This document shows positions 25,497-36,694 of a DNA stretch of 53,943 bases, in pieces (within the stretch, counting starts at the first letter, position 1; each line of letters opens with the position of its first letter). Origin of the DNA: a virus (Duplodnaviria > Caudoviricetes); the IMG/VR virus record IMGVR_UViG_3300035670_000275, positions 1-53,943 of that record, one strand, 5' to 3'. Position numbers and translations under genes: made by a program. The notes under the pieces are model-generated. The model saw only the letters and a program-made list of their open reading frames with translations, did no database searches and was not told the origin of the DNA.

Positions 25497-28400
25497 GATA
25501 GGGCTAATAGTCTCAGGTTTTTAATTTTTGGTACAAACGCTGGGTTAGAAGATTTCAAAACAATTTTAATAGAGATATTGTTAAAAGGATCTAAACCAGT
25601 TAAATCAGTTGATCTTTCAACGAAAGTTCCCTCTGGGTCTTTGTTGATAGAAACGTAACCAGTATCAATATATGGTAATTTTCTTAAATCAACTGCGCCA
25701 GACCAAGTTCTGTAATATACCTTAACTGAAGTGTTATTTGGGATATTAGCATCGAACATAACCTTTAATGTATCAGCTGCCTCAGTAAGAGTTAAAGTTC
25801 TTGTAATATAGTTAGCTTCATTGCTGCAACCAAATGGAGCAACGTCATCAACATACTTATCTAACACGCTGATGCTAAAGTCAAGATCAGTAGTAGCATC
25901 AACGGTGGCAGAACCAGCGAATGAACGATCTAGATATACACGAGTTAGATCTAATTCTTCATTACCAGCATATGTTGTTTTGTCTTCTTCGCTAACAACT
26001 TTCTGCACAACATATGTACCATTAACGTTAGCGTTGCAGTTTTCAATTATAATGGTTTTACCAATACCAACAGATGCCAAGATGTTATCAATGGTATCAA
26101 TATTAGAACGAATAACGCCAACCCCACCAATATTCTCAAACACTAAGTTTGGTGCAGAGCGAATATAGAATGGTGTAGAAGAAGAAATTGCAGTAGTTGC
26201 TGTTCCTGTTAATGTAATGCTAGTGTTACTATTAACAGTGCTAACAGTACCGATTAATGCATTATCGCTAGTTCTATAAAGTTTATTACTTACACTTCCC
26301 GTAACTTGAGTTGTGAAAGTTGTCCCAGAACCAGTTACAGAAGTACCACTAGCAGAAGTAATAGTACCTGTACCAGTTAGAACCAAATCAGCATTAATAA
26401 TATCACCAGCTGAAATAATAGCACGTTTATCAATTTCTGTAACGTTGATGTTTGCTGCAGTTACATTATTGATTTTGTTAGCGATTGCAAACGCAGAGGT
26501 TTGTACGATATCAACAACTGGAGAAATATTATGATTAGTTGAATACAACACTGATTTCACAAGCAGAGATGATTGTTTAACTAATGGAGATTCTGTAATA
26601 ATATCTTGGTTTTCAAAAGAACAAATATGACCACGTGTTGTCAGGTTATAGTTGTTATTTGGTACTAGAGGAGTCCAAGCAGTAAATGAACCATCTTCTA
26701 GTTGCATTTTGAAATAATACTCAATCTTTGTATCTTGTAAGATTACATCTGAATTCTTCAAGAAAAGTGTATCAACTGGGAGGCAACGGTTACAAGTAAC
26801 AGTGTTTCCGCCATATTCACCCTTTGTGAAGTCAGCAGTTGTTCCAGATAATAGATTATTTCCGTATACATCAGTTGTCACCAAGTTAATAACAAAAGAA
26901 TCTGTCTCTAAACCTTCAGAAAGAACAGTGTGTTCTCTATTCAGTAATGTATGTGGGATACCTTTTGTTGTGTCGGAAGAACCATAATAGCCTTCTGGTA
27001 CATCACTTATATAAGCTATTTCACCTGCAATCATTCCGTGATTTCTAGCCCAAACACGAATCTTTGTTGTGTTTGGTGTGATCTCAAACGGATTAACATC
27101 CAACAAATATCTTTCTGGTGGTATTGTTCTAAAGATAACCTCAGACGCTGTTCCAATGTCAAACTTAGACTTATTCAAGTAGAACTTAACATCCAACAGT
27201 GGGTGGATTTCCCATTCTCTTGAGTTCTGAGAAGCATACAACGAGCCAGTCAATGGTTGACCTGCAATTGTATTGTTTGTCAAAATATCATCTTGACCCA
27301 TTTCAGAAACATAAATTCTAGCTCCTGGTTCATCAGTCATGATAACAAGGGCATAGGTTTCTGAGTCTTGTAAGTATATTGGGGCTTTAAATTTAAATGT
27401 AGTTGCAATAGAACTATCATCAGAAACATTAATTTCTTGTATAGTCTTAGTCACAGTTGAGAATGGGACAACCTTAGATGAAGGAACACCATTATCAGTA
27501 TTTCTAATCTCAACAGTAATTGGTCTGTTTCCAGAAACCTCAAAGTACAAATCAACAGAAGAAACAAACACACCGCCAACAGAGTTAATAGTGAATGTTT
27601 GTGCTAGGGGGTCAACTGTATGTTGGTAAATAACTTTAGAGTTTGTTGTGGTTCTTCTAATAGTTGGTTTACTTGTTGAACCATTTTGGTCAAATACTTC
27701 TTCTGATGTGAATCCAGCAACTCGGCTAGAAACAATAGTTCTTTCTTTAGTTAAAGAAATACCTTGAGCGAAGTAAGTTGCTCTACCAGTAGAGTCATAT
27801 TGGTTATCGCTATTAGAAACGTTATCTGTTAACTCAAAAGATTTTTCACCGCAACGGAAACTTAAAGTTTCATTTTCTGGCAATACAAACACACCACAAG
27901 CGTTACCTTCTCTATCAGTTATTAACTTATCTCCGTAAGAGCTTAGAGTAGGTGCAGTTGAAGTGCTTGTTGAACCATTGATTTCTGTTAATGTTACAGC
28001 GTTGAAGTTAGAAGTATTTTTAAGATTTACTGAACCACCTAATGTTTCACCAACAGCAAAACCATGTTTAACGTTGATTACAAATAGCTCTTGATTCTTA
28101 ATTCCATACGCATCATAATCGTCAGTTGGGTGCGCATAACCACCCAAAGCAACAACACATGATGCTCTGTAACGGTATAATTTACCTTTATTTCCATTGC
28201 TGTATGAAGCAGTGGAGTAAGTATCAAACGGTGAAATTAGAGAACCATCGAGAGTTTCTAAGATAAGCGCATTTCCGCTAATAGAACGAACTCTAAATGT
28301 TTTCAAATTCAACTGTTTTGCAGTTGCAGCGTTTGTTGTAATATCAACGCTTGATGGAATACTCTGGTTTTCTTTTAGATCAAGAAGGTTAACCTGAGCT

Positions 28401-31400
28401 GTTGCTTTATAATGGTCAAGGTTGTACATAACAACGTGATGGCCAGGTTTAATATTAACAGCATCAGCTACAGTAACTGTAATTGTCTCACTATCCGTAA
28501 TAATAGGAGCAATAGCGTTGATGGAAGTTGCAGTATGAGGGGTGTTCATTAACACATCACCGTATGCAAATGCCTGTTCTATCTTACCTTTAAATGCTCT
28601 AGAATTAGTGTCAGAGATAACATTATTGATCAGATCATCCCAAGCAAATGTCATAAGGGATTGGCCAATACGCGAAACTTTAAATTTATCCGCTGGGACA
28701 ACATATTCTTGCACAGAGACGTTATCAAAGAAAGGATAGAAACGTGTTAGAGGCTTTAAGTTCTGAGCAATAAAAGAAATAGGTCTAGATCTCATGTATG
28801 GGATATATGACATATCCACCACGCGATCACCATATGATTGAGTATTTACAGAAGATGTTACATTGTATTCAGTTCCAGTTCTAGTTTGGTAACCATACTG
28901 ATCAATAATAGTTGTTTGATATCCTGTAATCGTATTACCAGATCTAGATTCAGACGTGAAACTGGATACGTTTTTACCAACCCAGTGATCAACCCAATCA
29001 TCCCACTGTGTACCAATAACTTCTTCTACGATATACTTAATAGCATCATAGTTATTGTCGTCTACTGCAACTAAATCTGGATTTCTAGTAGTTGACTTCC
29101 AACTATCAGATGGTGGGTATAAATCAACGACACCGTTAAATGTACCAAACGCAAGAGTTTGGATGTCCATAGAACGAGTTGCATGTGGGTTAAAGATAAA
29201 TGGTTCTTCTGTAAATGGTAATGTGATAATATCACCAGTTTTAGAATAATTTTTATTTGAACGGTCTGTTGAAGAAGAAACATCTTCAACCATTTCAAGA
29301 GCAACAGAATTGTACTTTGGACGAAGGATTCTATTCTTTGAATCAATAGATATTTTATAATCTTCGTTCTTAACATCACCGATATTGTGACCAGTAAATT
29401 GATCAACAATAAAACCGTTCTTGAATCTATCAAGACCAGTAGTTTCGTCGATAACTGTCATAGTTTCAGTTTGTTTCTCAAGCAAACTTAGAGTCACATA
29501 ATATTCTAAATTAGAAATTCTACGCTCAAGTTTACCGATATCCTGCATAGTATATCTTCTATTTTCTCTCTGTTTGATGATAACATCTTTAACATCTTTA
29601 GTGTATGGAGGAATAGAGATAGAAGCTAATACCAAACCTTCTTGTGGGTCAATTGGTTCCTTCGGTGTAGGTGATGGAACGCCACTTAGAATATTGAAGT
29701 TACCAACAGAATCCAATACTAATTTATCAATTCTACCAAGATAGTTTGCAACTGGTGATGTTAAATCAGAACCAATTTTTGGCAATTCTGGGTAGAAATA
29801 GTTTGCGTTTGTCAGGATTGGTCTAAAGTCAATTACATCAGACAAACAGATTTCTGTTTTAGTGCCAGTGGCATCAGTTGTTGTGTAATATGGAATTTCA
29901 TCATATTGAAGATCTGACGAAGAATACACATATGAATCAACTGAGAAATAGTTACCATTTGTTCCAGCCACGGAGAAGTAGTCGTACACTGCACGAATTG
30001 CTCCGTTTGGAACTTGATATCCTGGTTTAACTATTAGTTTAGCGTTTGTATAGTATGTTGGTCTTTGACCGTTGTCTAGCGTAAATCTATCAGTAATATC
30101 AATTTCAGAATTTTCATCATAAGTGTCATAATCTCCTGGCGTCATATAAACAGCAACTAACTTTAATACATCACCATGAGGTAATTGGATTGTATTTAAG
30201 TTTAGGTTTGTTTTGCCAGTAATTTCTTCGACGTGTTCTCTGTTGATAACTTTAATCTTTTCAACAGCTGCAGTTTTAACCAATTGAACAGATGCAATTA
30301 GGTAGTAGTTACCGTTAGGTACGTTGTTAAATTCAACGTACTTTCTGTTAGTATCATTGTCGAACACAATCTGAGACTCGGTAATAGGCATTGGCTCATT
30401 GGAGTCAGCATTAATTAACAAGAAGTTTGACATGTCAGTTTCTGACAAGAAAGTTTCATCTGTTAATGGTGTTTCAAACCAAGCCTTGTTAGACTGGGTG
30501 TTCATAATTGGCCACTGACGGCGAACAACAATTGTGGAGTTTTTCTTAGTGTCCGCAGAGTTCTCTAGACCTCTAAGTGTCTTAACGAAAGATTTACCAA
30601 CAGGGAAAATTAATGATTCAAACGCTGGTTCTACGATATTTGCTCTAAATACCTGAATTACACCATCTGCAACAGTAGCCAGACCATTTGCAGATAAGGT
30701 GATGCTATTGTTAGTGAATGTGCTAACAACGCCGATTCTAACACCGTTTAGATAAATAACATCATTCGCCTTTAGAGTGTCTGCGAAATAAGTTCCTGAA
30801 CCAGTTATTGATGTAGAAGATGTAGAAGATGTGCCATAACCATCAATTGTCATTAATGATGGGTCAATGTTACATGTGAAATTGCCACCACCACCTGTTC
30901 CAGAAATACTCTTAACCGTACCTTCAAAAGAAGCATTGTTGTACATGTTGATGTCAAAAAGACCCAACTTGTAAACAGAAGAAGTTCTATTAGTATAATT
31001 ACCAGAAGATAGCTGAATGGATTTTACTCTAGCAGTACCAACAATATTTGCTGCAGATACTGAAGCGCCAACAGGGATGTTTGATGTTGTTCTAATTAAT
31101 GGTGCTACTGCGTAACCAGAACCACCGCTAACAATTGTATAACCAGTAACAGATCCGTTAGTTATGGTACATGTAATATTTGCACCGCTGCCAGCGCCAG
31201 TTAGTGGTTGAATTGAAAGAGTTGGAGCCGAAGTATAACCTTCACCACCATCAACAATAGTTATACCAGTAATAACACCAGAACCATTAATTGTGGCAGT
31301 TAAATTGGCAAGTCTTGGTTGTAAAGTTTTTAATAGATAAACTTTTTCAAAAGTTGAAATTGATGGGGCTTTGTATAAATTTGTTACATTTACATAGCTA

Positions 31401-32671
31401 CCAACATTAATACCAACAGAACGAAGGTCAACACGCTCGACGTGGTTATTTTCTAGACCATTAATTGGTCTAGCTTTGTTAAATTCAATAAACTGAGAAG
31501 CCTGATTTTCTACTTCATAACCTTGAACATATGCTTTGCCTGGGTCAACAACAGTTACAAATTTGTCGTCAGAACCATAAGTTGCTCCAGCGATAGGTGT
31601 TCCAATTAATGGTGGATATACACCAAAATTATTACCATCATTTAAATGTTCTCTAACTGATATTTTAAATTTATTAACTTCATAGTTACCAGATTCATCT
31701 AAGGTTCTTCTTGCAAGAGTTTTCTCAAGTTCTGAATATGATGCTTTATCAATTAGTTGTTGTACTCTACCTTCAGAAACTCTTACAAGTTCGATGAATT
31801 TAAAATTATCTGTTGTATCTAGATCAAGTTTAACTAATGAAAGAGAGATTTTATATCTGTGGGCACCAGGCGCAGCGAAGTTATAAGAACCAGTTGCGTT
31901 GTCTAGGATTTGATCATCGTCTTCTGGAGTGACAGTTTCTTCAGTAACTTTAAAACCAACTCTTGCAGTTGGAGTGTTAGTGAAACGACCAACGTATAAT
32001 TTTAAATCGTCGTTTCTTACAAAAATGCCATCTATGTAGTAGATACCAGCTCTAACATCAACGCTAAATGCATACCCAAGAACGTCAGAAGAAGGGTCGC
32101 CAGAATACACAGTGGCAGTTTCACCAACGTTACCATTAAGTTTAACTACGCATGTAATATCTGTAAGTTGGTCTTCTTTCAAACGGAAGTTAGTTGAAAT
32201 TTGGTTATCTTCTACTTTTGCAACTATGTTTTCGCCTGGGATTAAACGGTTGGTTTCATAATCACTAGCAGTACCCTCAATTTTACAATAAAGAGTTGGG
32301 ATATCAGTATTTTCAACAATATAACCACTACCAGAAGTGTCAAGAACTCTCATCTTGACACCAGAAGATTCACCAGTTATGATTTTATTTTTAAGAGTCT
32401 CAATATACGTTGTTACATCAACAGTACCTGTGAATTGTTCTAGTTTAATAAAATGAACTTTACTATCAACGTTCACAGAGCCAGGAATAACTTGGGAACC
32501 ATTTTTAAAGATATGACCACCAAAACGCGAAACTTGGTTTTGAAGGATAGTTTGAAGTTGTGTTAATTCTCTAGCTTGAACAGCATAACTAGGTCTGAAG
32601 AGGATTCGATAGAAATCCTTCTTCTCATCATAGTCGTCAAAATACGGTTCTGTATTAAAATCAATTGCCAT
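25493..32671 (-). CDS. Very large virion structural protein (VrlC/DUF4815-like)
   Basis: PYFDDYDEKKDFYRILFRPSYAVQARELTQLQTILQNQ, NFAAPGAHRYKI, LARRTLDESGNY, RRYTMQDIGKLERRISNLEYYVTLSLLE, DRFKNGFIVDQF and DPLAQTF motifs. Confidence 0.85.
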   Translation of the reverse strand: MAIDFNTEPYFDDYDEKKDFYRILFRPSYAVQARELTQLQTILQNQVSRFGGHIFKNGSQVIPGSVNVDSKVHFIKLEQFTGTVDVTTYIETLKNKIITGESSGVKMRVLDTSGSGYIVENTDIPTLYCKIEGTASDYETNRLIPGENIVAKVEDNQISTNFRLKEDQLTDITCVVKLNGNVGETATVYSGDPSSDVLGYAFSVDVRAGIYYIDGIFVRNDDLKLYVGRFTNTPTARVGFKVTEETVTPEDDDQILDNATGSYNFAAPGAHRYKISLSLVKLDLDTTDNFKFIELVRVSEGRVQQLIDKASYSELEKTLARRTLDESGNYEVNKFKISVREHLNDGNNFGVYPPLIGTPIAGATYGSDDKFVTVVDPGKAYVQGYEVENQASQFIEFNKARPINGLENNHVERVDLRSVGINVGSYVNVTNLYKAPSISTFEKVYLLKTLQPRLANLTATINGSGVITGITIVDGGEGYTSAPTLSIQPLTGAGSGANITCTITNGSVTGYTIVSGGSGYAVAPLIRTTSNIPVGASVSAANIVGTARVKSIQLSSGNYTNRTSSVYKLGLFDINMYNNASFEGTVKSISGTGGGGNFTCNIDPSLMTIDGYGTSSTSSTSITGSGTYFADTLKANDVIYLNGVRIGVVSTFTNNSITLSANGLATVADGVIQVFRANIVEPAFESLIFPVGKSFVKTLRGLENSADTKKNSTIVVRRQWPIMNTQSNKAWFETPLTDETFLSETDMSNFLLINADSNEPMPITESQIVFDNDTNRKYVEFNNVPNGNYYLIASVQLVKTAAVEKIKVINREHVEEITGKTNLNLNTIQLPHGDVLKLVAVYMTPGDYDTYDENSEIDITDRFTLDNGQRPTYYTNAKLIVKPGYQVPNGAIRAVYDYFSVAGTNGNYFSVDSYVYSSSDLQYDEIPYYTTTDATGTKTEICLSDVIDFRPILTNANYFYPELPKIGSDLTSPVANYLGRIDKLVLDSVGNFNILSGVPSPTPKEPIDPQEGLVLASISIPPYTKDVKDVIIKQRENRRYTMQDIGKLERRISNLEYYVTLSLLEKQTETMTVIDETTGLDRFKNGFIVDQFTGHNIGDVKNEDYKISIDSKNRILRPKYNSVALEMVEDVSSSTDRSNKNYSKTGDIITLPFTEEPFIFNPHATRSMDIQTLAFGTFNGVVDLYPPSDSWKSTTRNPDLVAVDDNNYDAIKYIVEEVIGTQWDDWVDHWVGKNVSSFTSESRSGNTITGYQTTIIDQYGYQTRTGTEYNVTSSVNTQSYGDRVVDMSYIPYMRSRPISFIAQNLKPLTRFYPFFDNVSVQEYVVPADKFKVSRIGQSLMTFAWDDLINNVISDTNSRAFKGKIEQAFAYGDVLMNTPHTATSINAIAPIITDSETITVTVADAVNIKPGHHVVMYNLDHYKATAQVNLLDLKENQSIPSSVDITTNAATAKQLNLKTFRVRSISGNALILETLDGSLISPFDTYSTASYSNGNKGKLYRYRASCVVALGGYAHPTDDYDAYGIKNQELFVINVKHGFAVGETLGGSVNLKNTSNFNAVTLTEINGSTSTSTAPTLSSYGDKLITDREGNACGVFVLPENETLSFRCGEKSFELTDNVSNSDNQYDSTGRATYFAQGISLTKERTIVSSRVAGFTSEEVFDQNGSTSKPTIRRTTTNSKVIYQHTVDPLAQTFTINSVGGVFVSSVDLYFEVSGNRPITVEIRNTDNGVPSSKVVPFSTVTKTIQEINVSDDSSIATTFKFKAPIYLQDSETYALVIMTDEPGARIYVSEMGQDDILTNNTIAGQPLTGSLYASQNSREWEIHPLLDVKFYLNKSKFDIGTASEVIFRTIPPERYLLDVNPFEITPNTTKIRVWARNHGMIAGEIAYISDVPEGYYGSSDTTKGIPHTLLNREHTVLSEGLETDSFVINLVTTDVYGNNLLSGTTADFTKGEYGGNTVTCNRCLPVDTLFLKNSDVILQDTKIEYYFKMQLEDGSFTAWTPLVPNNNYNLTTRGHICSFENQDIITESPLVKQSSLLVKSVLYSTNHNISPVVDIVQTSAFAIANKINNVTAANINVTEIDKRAIISAGDIINADLVLTGTGTITSASGTSVTGSGTTFTTQVTGSVSNKLYRTSDNALIGTVSTVNSNTSITLTGTATTAISSSTPFYIRSAPNLVFENIGGVGVIRSNIDTIDNILASVGIGKTIIIENCNANVNGTYVVQKVVSEEDKTTYAGNEELDLTRVYLDRSFAGSATVDATTDLDFSISVLDKYVDDVAPFGCSNEANYITRTLTLTEAADTLKVMFDANIPNNTSVKVYYRTWSGAVDLRKLPYIDTGYVSINKDPEGTFVERSTDLTGLDPFNNISIKIVLKSSNPAFVPKIKNLRLLALS

Positions 32672-32703
32672 TGTTTTGTCTCTTAAAAGTTAAACTGTAC
32701 AAA

Positions 32704-32711
32704 TATTTATA
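32704..32711 (-). promoter_or_regulatory. T4 late promoter (TATAAATA)
   Basis: Perfect consensus in the spacer, about 33 nt upstream of the ATG at 32671. Confidence 0.8.
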
Positions 32712-32717
32712 CGTTTA

Positions 32718-35700
32718 TTAGAAATTAATAATCGTTCTTAAAGTAATTGTTTCATCAGCCGAAGGGGTGAAACCTTGTTTATTGTCAATATACATCAATT
32801 GACCTGAATATTTATCGAACGTTGGATCGCCGATAGATGTTGCTGTGAAGTTATCAGTGATGTTTGATGTTTTAATAAACACATCATTAGATTCTGGTGC
32901 ATCATTATCCAAAGATTGAACGAGCGCACTTGTTTCTGTAACAGAAACAATTCTATATTGTTTCTTAGTTTTTGTAGATCCAACATATGTAACTACTGCA
33001 AAACCGTTTGTTTCAGAACCAGAAGTTGTAGTTGGTGGTTCTGAACCACCGATACCAGAAACAACAACTGTATAAATTCTGTCCTCAACATAGATAAAGT
33101 CGCCAAGAACTAGATTCAAAGATGGTTGCCATTCAATATCTGGAAGGCTAACACGTTCAATGTACAAGTCATCATCTTTTTTGAACTTGGTAATGTTAAT
33201 TGGCGCTTGCACGATATAACACGCTGAACCAATAGAACCTTGGAATCTTTCATAGCCGTTAAATACTCTAGGATTCTTAATAATACCAACTTGTCGATAG
33301 TCGTTACCAACAGTAACACCTTGGTTCAAATCTGTAGAAATATTTGAATAGAACATCAAAGATTTCGCAAATAATTCATCTGGAGAATTCTTTCCGTGGC
33401 CACCGTATGGTGAAATAATTGCTCTTAGTAATGCGCCATTACCATTTCCAATAATTTTAACATTAGCATAAGTGTAATCTTGACCACGTTTTAAAATATT
33501 AATTTTAGTGATAGCGTTAGTTACTGGGTCAATAACAGCTTCTGCTTGAGCGCCAGTACCATCACCTTCGATTGTGATGTTAGCTACACCATATGAATAA
33601 CCACCAGAAACAACGGCAATAGAATCAATAGTACCAGCTGGTGTCAAAATTTCGTTGTTTGCTTGTTGTGAAGAAATAGAACCAAGGCTTAAATCTGCAG
33701 TGAGTGCAGCACCAACCCCGTTACCAGAAACTGTCAAAGCAGCTTTCGTATAACCAACACCTGGGTCTTCAACAACAAGGTAAACGATTTGGCCATTATC
33801 AGTAATTGCGGAAATCTTAGCTTCTGATTTTGAAGTTAAGAAACTAGCCTCAGCGCCAGCGCCAGTGACATCAACAAAAGTTGCAGTTGGCGTTGTGTTA
33901 TAACCAGCACCATAACGAAGAACAGCAAATCCCTGAGCCACTGTACCTGCACGAACTAACGATGCTGGAATACCAAGATAACGCAAGACAACATCACCAT
34001 TGATTACATCACCGTCAGTATGTGTTGGCGCATCATTGCCAGTTGTACCATCATTCATAATTTGATACAATCTGTCTTCATAATATAAAGTTTTCGGTCT
34101 GTCTGGTTCATTAATATCTTCATCCGAACCAACTACTGAGTATACGCTAGTGTTTGCAATCCATTCATCCGAAGTTATGTAAGTTTCACCATCAGTATGA
34201 GTTGGTTTAGTTGAACCAAAAACACCAGCTGTTACAACTGTATACAAGTTAGTGTACAAGGAGTATTGCTCGTTGGTGTATACTTCCATACCCTGTTCCC
34301 ATAGATCACCAAATGTAACAGATGGTACAGATGTATAATTTTCACCAGCATTTGTAATATACGTTGAAATTACTTTATCCGCATAGATTTTAGATTTAGC
34401 AACTGCATACAAACCACCGCCACCAGAGAAATTAACATTAGGTGGGTAAAGATAACCAGAACCAGAGTTAACAACAACTACTTCACGGACTGAACCGTTC
34501 ATTGTTATGGAATCAATAACGCCAGTTTCAACCTCAGCTGTTGCAGCTGCAGCAGCGCCACCACCGCCAGAGAAAGAAACAGAAGGAGAAGTATAACCAG
34601 TACCACCTGAAATAATCTCAACTGAGTTGACAGGTGAACCGCTTAAAACCGCAGTAAATTGAGCTCCTGTTCCTGATGGGTCTGAGATAGCAATTTGAGG
34701 TGCGGTTGTATAACCAGAACCGTGATTAGTTATGTATAGGGTTGTAATGCTTCCATTAACATCAACTGCAGCTGTTGCTGCAGCGCCAGTACCACCACCT
34801 CCAATAAATTCAACAATAGGGGAAACATAGTTAGCGCCACCAGATTGTTTTGTAATACTTTGTATGGTTGAAGTTCCAATAACCGCTTGTAATACAGCAT
34901 CTTGTCCAGTTGGGTCAGAAACTGTTACGGTTGGTGGAGAAGTATAAGCGCTGCCTCCAGAAGTAACAGTGACACTAATAATATTCTGAGGGTTAGTTGA
35001 TGTTACTGAACCAGTTATTCTAGTGCCGATATATTTTAATGCCGTTGTACCATTCAACACTGTGCCAAATCTATGTGTTGGCGGAATAGTAGATGTTTGA
35101 CCTGGCGTAACAACCTCATAATAATCCCAACTATCGAAATTGTAAATTATCTGACCAAGGTTTAAATTGTTGTTTGCAACAAACGAAGACGCAGCACCAA
35201 ATGGTGGGCTAAATTCTACAGTTGGAGAAGAACCATAACGGCTTCCACCAGAAGCTAGACTTATACCATTAATATAAATCGGATCAGCTTCTCTATATCC
35301 ATCGCCAGTGACTGAAACAACAGCTGATGTATAACCAGAACCTTTATTGGAAATGAAGATATTATCCACAGTTCCGTTAGAATAAAAGTGATTAGTTAGA
35401 GCAGAAACAACTGGGATATAATCATCAGTGAAAAACTTATTACGAAGGTTGATTGGAACGTTATACATAAACTTCCAAACATATCCATCTAACGTAGTAA
35501 ATGGTTCTAGTTGTGTGCCGCTCGGCTTGACCGTAGAACGAGCGTTATTATTATTGTCTAGACATTTATATACATTATAATCGTCAGTAACAACGTAGAA
35601 ATTTGCATCTTCAAGTTTTTGCGCACCAGAAGGTGCAATCCCCATAGTTGCTTTTAGAGTAGCACCAGAACCAGAAGGTGATGTGATTGTAACTGTCGGC

Positions 35701-36173
35701 TCTGATGTATAACCATCACCTCTATTGGTTAGAACTACCCCAGCAACTGCGCCAGCAACGACTTCAGAAACAACCGCAGTTGCGCCAGAGCCACCGCCAC
35801 CTTCAATAGTAATAGTTGTATCATATAAATCAATATATCCAGAACCACCAGAAATAATATTAATACCTATTACTTGTTCAGAATATTCATCATCATACTG
35901 ATCATAGATTACATCAGATACCCAATTCTTTCTTTTAATAACGAAGGCAACATCAGAAGGTTTGATCTCTTTGATAGTGATCATCTCATTTCTACATTGA
36001 CGCTCATATTCATAACTATCCACAGGTTGAGGAGGTGCAGTATCATCCTCCCACGTGATGGTCTTGCCAAGGTAATAATAGAAAGAGGAAGTTCTTGCGA
36101 CAACCTCTTTGTACACGCCTTCTGCTAAAGACTTGTATAGAATTGTTTTTACTAGAGCCGTATTATTTGCCAT
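32718..36173 (-). CDS. gp8: Baseplate wedge protein gp8-like, extended by insertions
   Basis: YYYLGKTITWEDD..PP.P.D, KEI.PSDV.FVI.R.NW, FYVVTDDYNVYKCLDNN, DGYVWKFMY, ISPYGGHG, NDYRQVGIIKNP and KYSGQLMYIDN motifs. Confidence 0.85.
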   Translation of the reverse strand: MANNTALVKTILYKSLAEGVYKEVVARTSSFYYYLGKTITWEDDTAPPQPVDSYEYERQCRNEMITIKEIKPSDVAFVIKRKNWVSDVIYDQYDDEYSEQVIGINIISGGSGYIDLYDTTITIEGGGGSGATAVVSEVVAGAVAGVVLTNRGDGYTSEPTVTITSPSGSGATLKATMGIAPSGAQKLEDANFYVVTDDYNVYKCLDNNNNARSTVKPSGTQLEPFTTLDGYVWKFMYNVPINLRNKFFTDDYIPVVSALTNHFYSNGTVDNIFISNKGSGYTSAVVSVTGDGYREADPIYINGISLASGGSRYGSSPTVEFSPPFGAASSFVANNNLNLGQIIYNFDSWDYYEVVTPGQTSTIPPTHRFGTVLNGTTALKYIGTRITGSVTSTNPQNIISVTVTSGGSAYTSPPTVTVSDPTGQDAVLQAVIGTSTIQSITKQSGGANYVSPIVEFIGGGGTGAAATAAVDVNGSITTLYITNHGSGYTTAPQIAISDPSGTGAQFTAVLSGSPVNSVEIISGGTGYTSPSVSFSGGGGAAAAATAEVETGVIDSITMNGSVREVVVVNSGSGYLYPPNVNFSGGGGLYAVAKSKIYADKVISTYITNAGENYTSVPSVTFGDLWEQGMEVYTNEQYSLYTNLYTVVTAGVFGSTKPTHTDGETYITSDEWIANTSVYSVVGSDEDINEPDRPKTLYYEDRLYQIMNDGTTGNDAPTHTDGDVINGDVVLRYLGIPASLVRAGTVAQGFAVLRYGAGYNTTPTATFVDVTGAGAEASFLTSKSEAKISAITDNGQIVYLVVEDPGVGYTKAALTVSGNGVGAALTADLSLGSISSQQANNEILTPAGTIDSIAVVSGGYSYGVANITIEGDGTGAQAEAVIDPVTNAITKINILKRGQDYTYANVKIIGNGNGALLRAIISPYGGHGKNSPDELFAKSLMFYSNISTDLNQGVTVGNDYRQVGIIKNPRVFNGYERFQGSIGSACYIVQAPINITKFKKDDDLYIERVSLPDIEWQPSLNLVLGDFIYVEDRIYTVVVSGIGGSEPPTTTSGSETNGFAVVTYVGSTKTKKQYRIVSVTETSALVQSLDNDAPESNDVFIKTSNITDNFTATSIGDPTFDKYSGQLMYIDNKQGFTPSADETITLRTIINF

Positions 36174-36223
36174 CTGTTATATGCCTCGTTATTATTTCAT
36201 GTTCATAATATAAAAATAAAATA

Positions 36224-36685
36224 TCAGCTTACAGTAACTTTCCATGTAATAGCAATAGTGTCACCAGCTTGTTTGTTAACAACTGGGAATACAGTACGGC
36301 ATAGCATAGTACCACCAGAACCAGCAGCGTTGAAAATACCAGCTTCAGTGATAGCGCCAGTACCAGTACCTGCTGGGAAAGTTGCAGTGTAAGTAATAGA
36401 GTTGTTTTCTTGTAAAGAACCACTCAAAGTAACACGACCAGTTTGTGTTCCTAAAGTAGTATCTTCAACTGCTGGGGATGCTGTTCCAGTACCAATACCC
36501 ATGTGCGACATGTGAACTGGAACGTCAGAACCCTGAGCAATCATTTTACCAGCAATATAAACTTTACCAGTAGTAACAACTAGGTTTGGTACTTCAAATT
36601 CTTGAATCACTTGACCAAGTTCGTTGGTCTTTGTAATTTTTACCATACCTTTTGCTTTTACTTCACTTAGATTAAATTGTTCCAT
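36224..36685 (-). CDS. Baseplate/fibre attachment protein (tail-collar fibre-like)
   Basis: NLVVTTG...MGIGTGT..P...DTTL...ITEAGIFN...MLCRTVFPVVNK...ITW pattern. AAGGAG RBS. Confidence 0.6.
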   Translation of the reverse strand: MEQFNLSEVKAKGMVKITKTNELGQVIQEFEVPNLVVTTGKVYIAGKMIAQGSDVPVHMSHMGIGTGTASPAVEDTTLGTQTGRVTLSGSLQENNSITYTATFPAGTGTGAITEAGIFNAAGSGGTMLCRTVFPVVNKQAGDTIAITWKVTVS

Positions 36686-36694
36686 ATTATCTCC

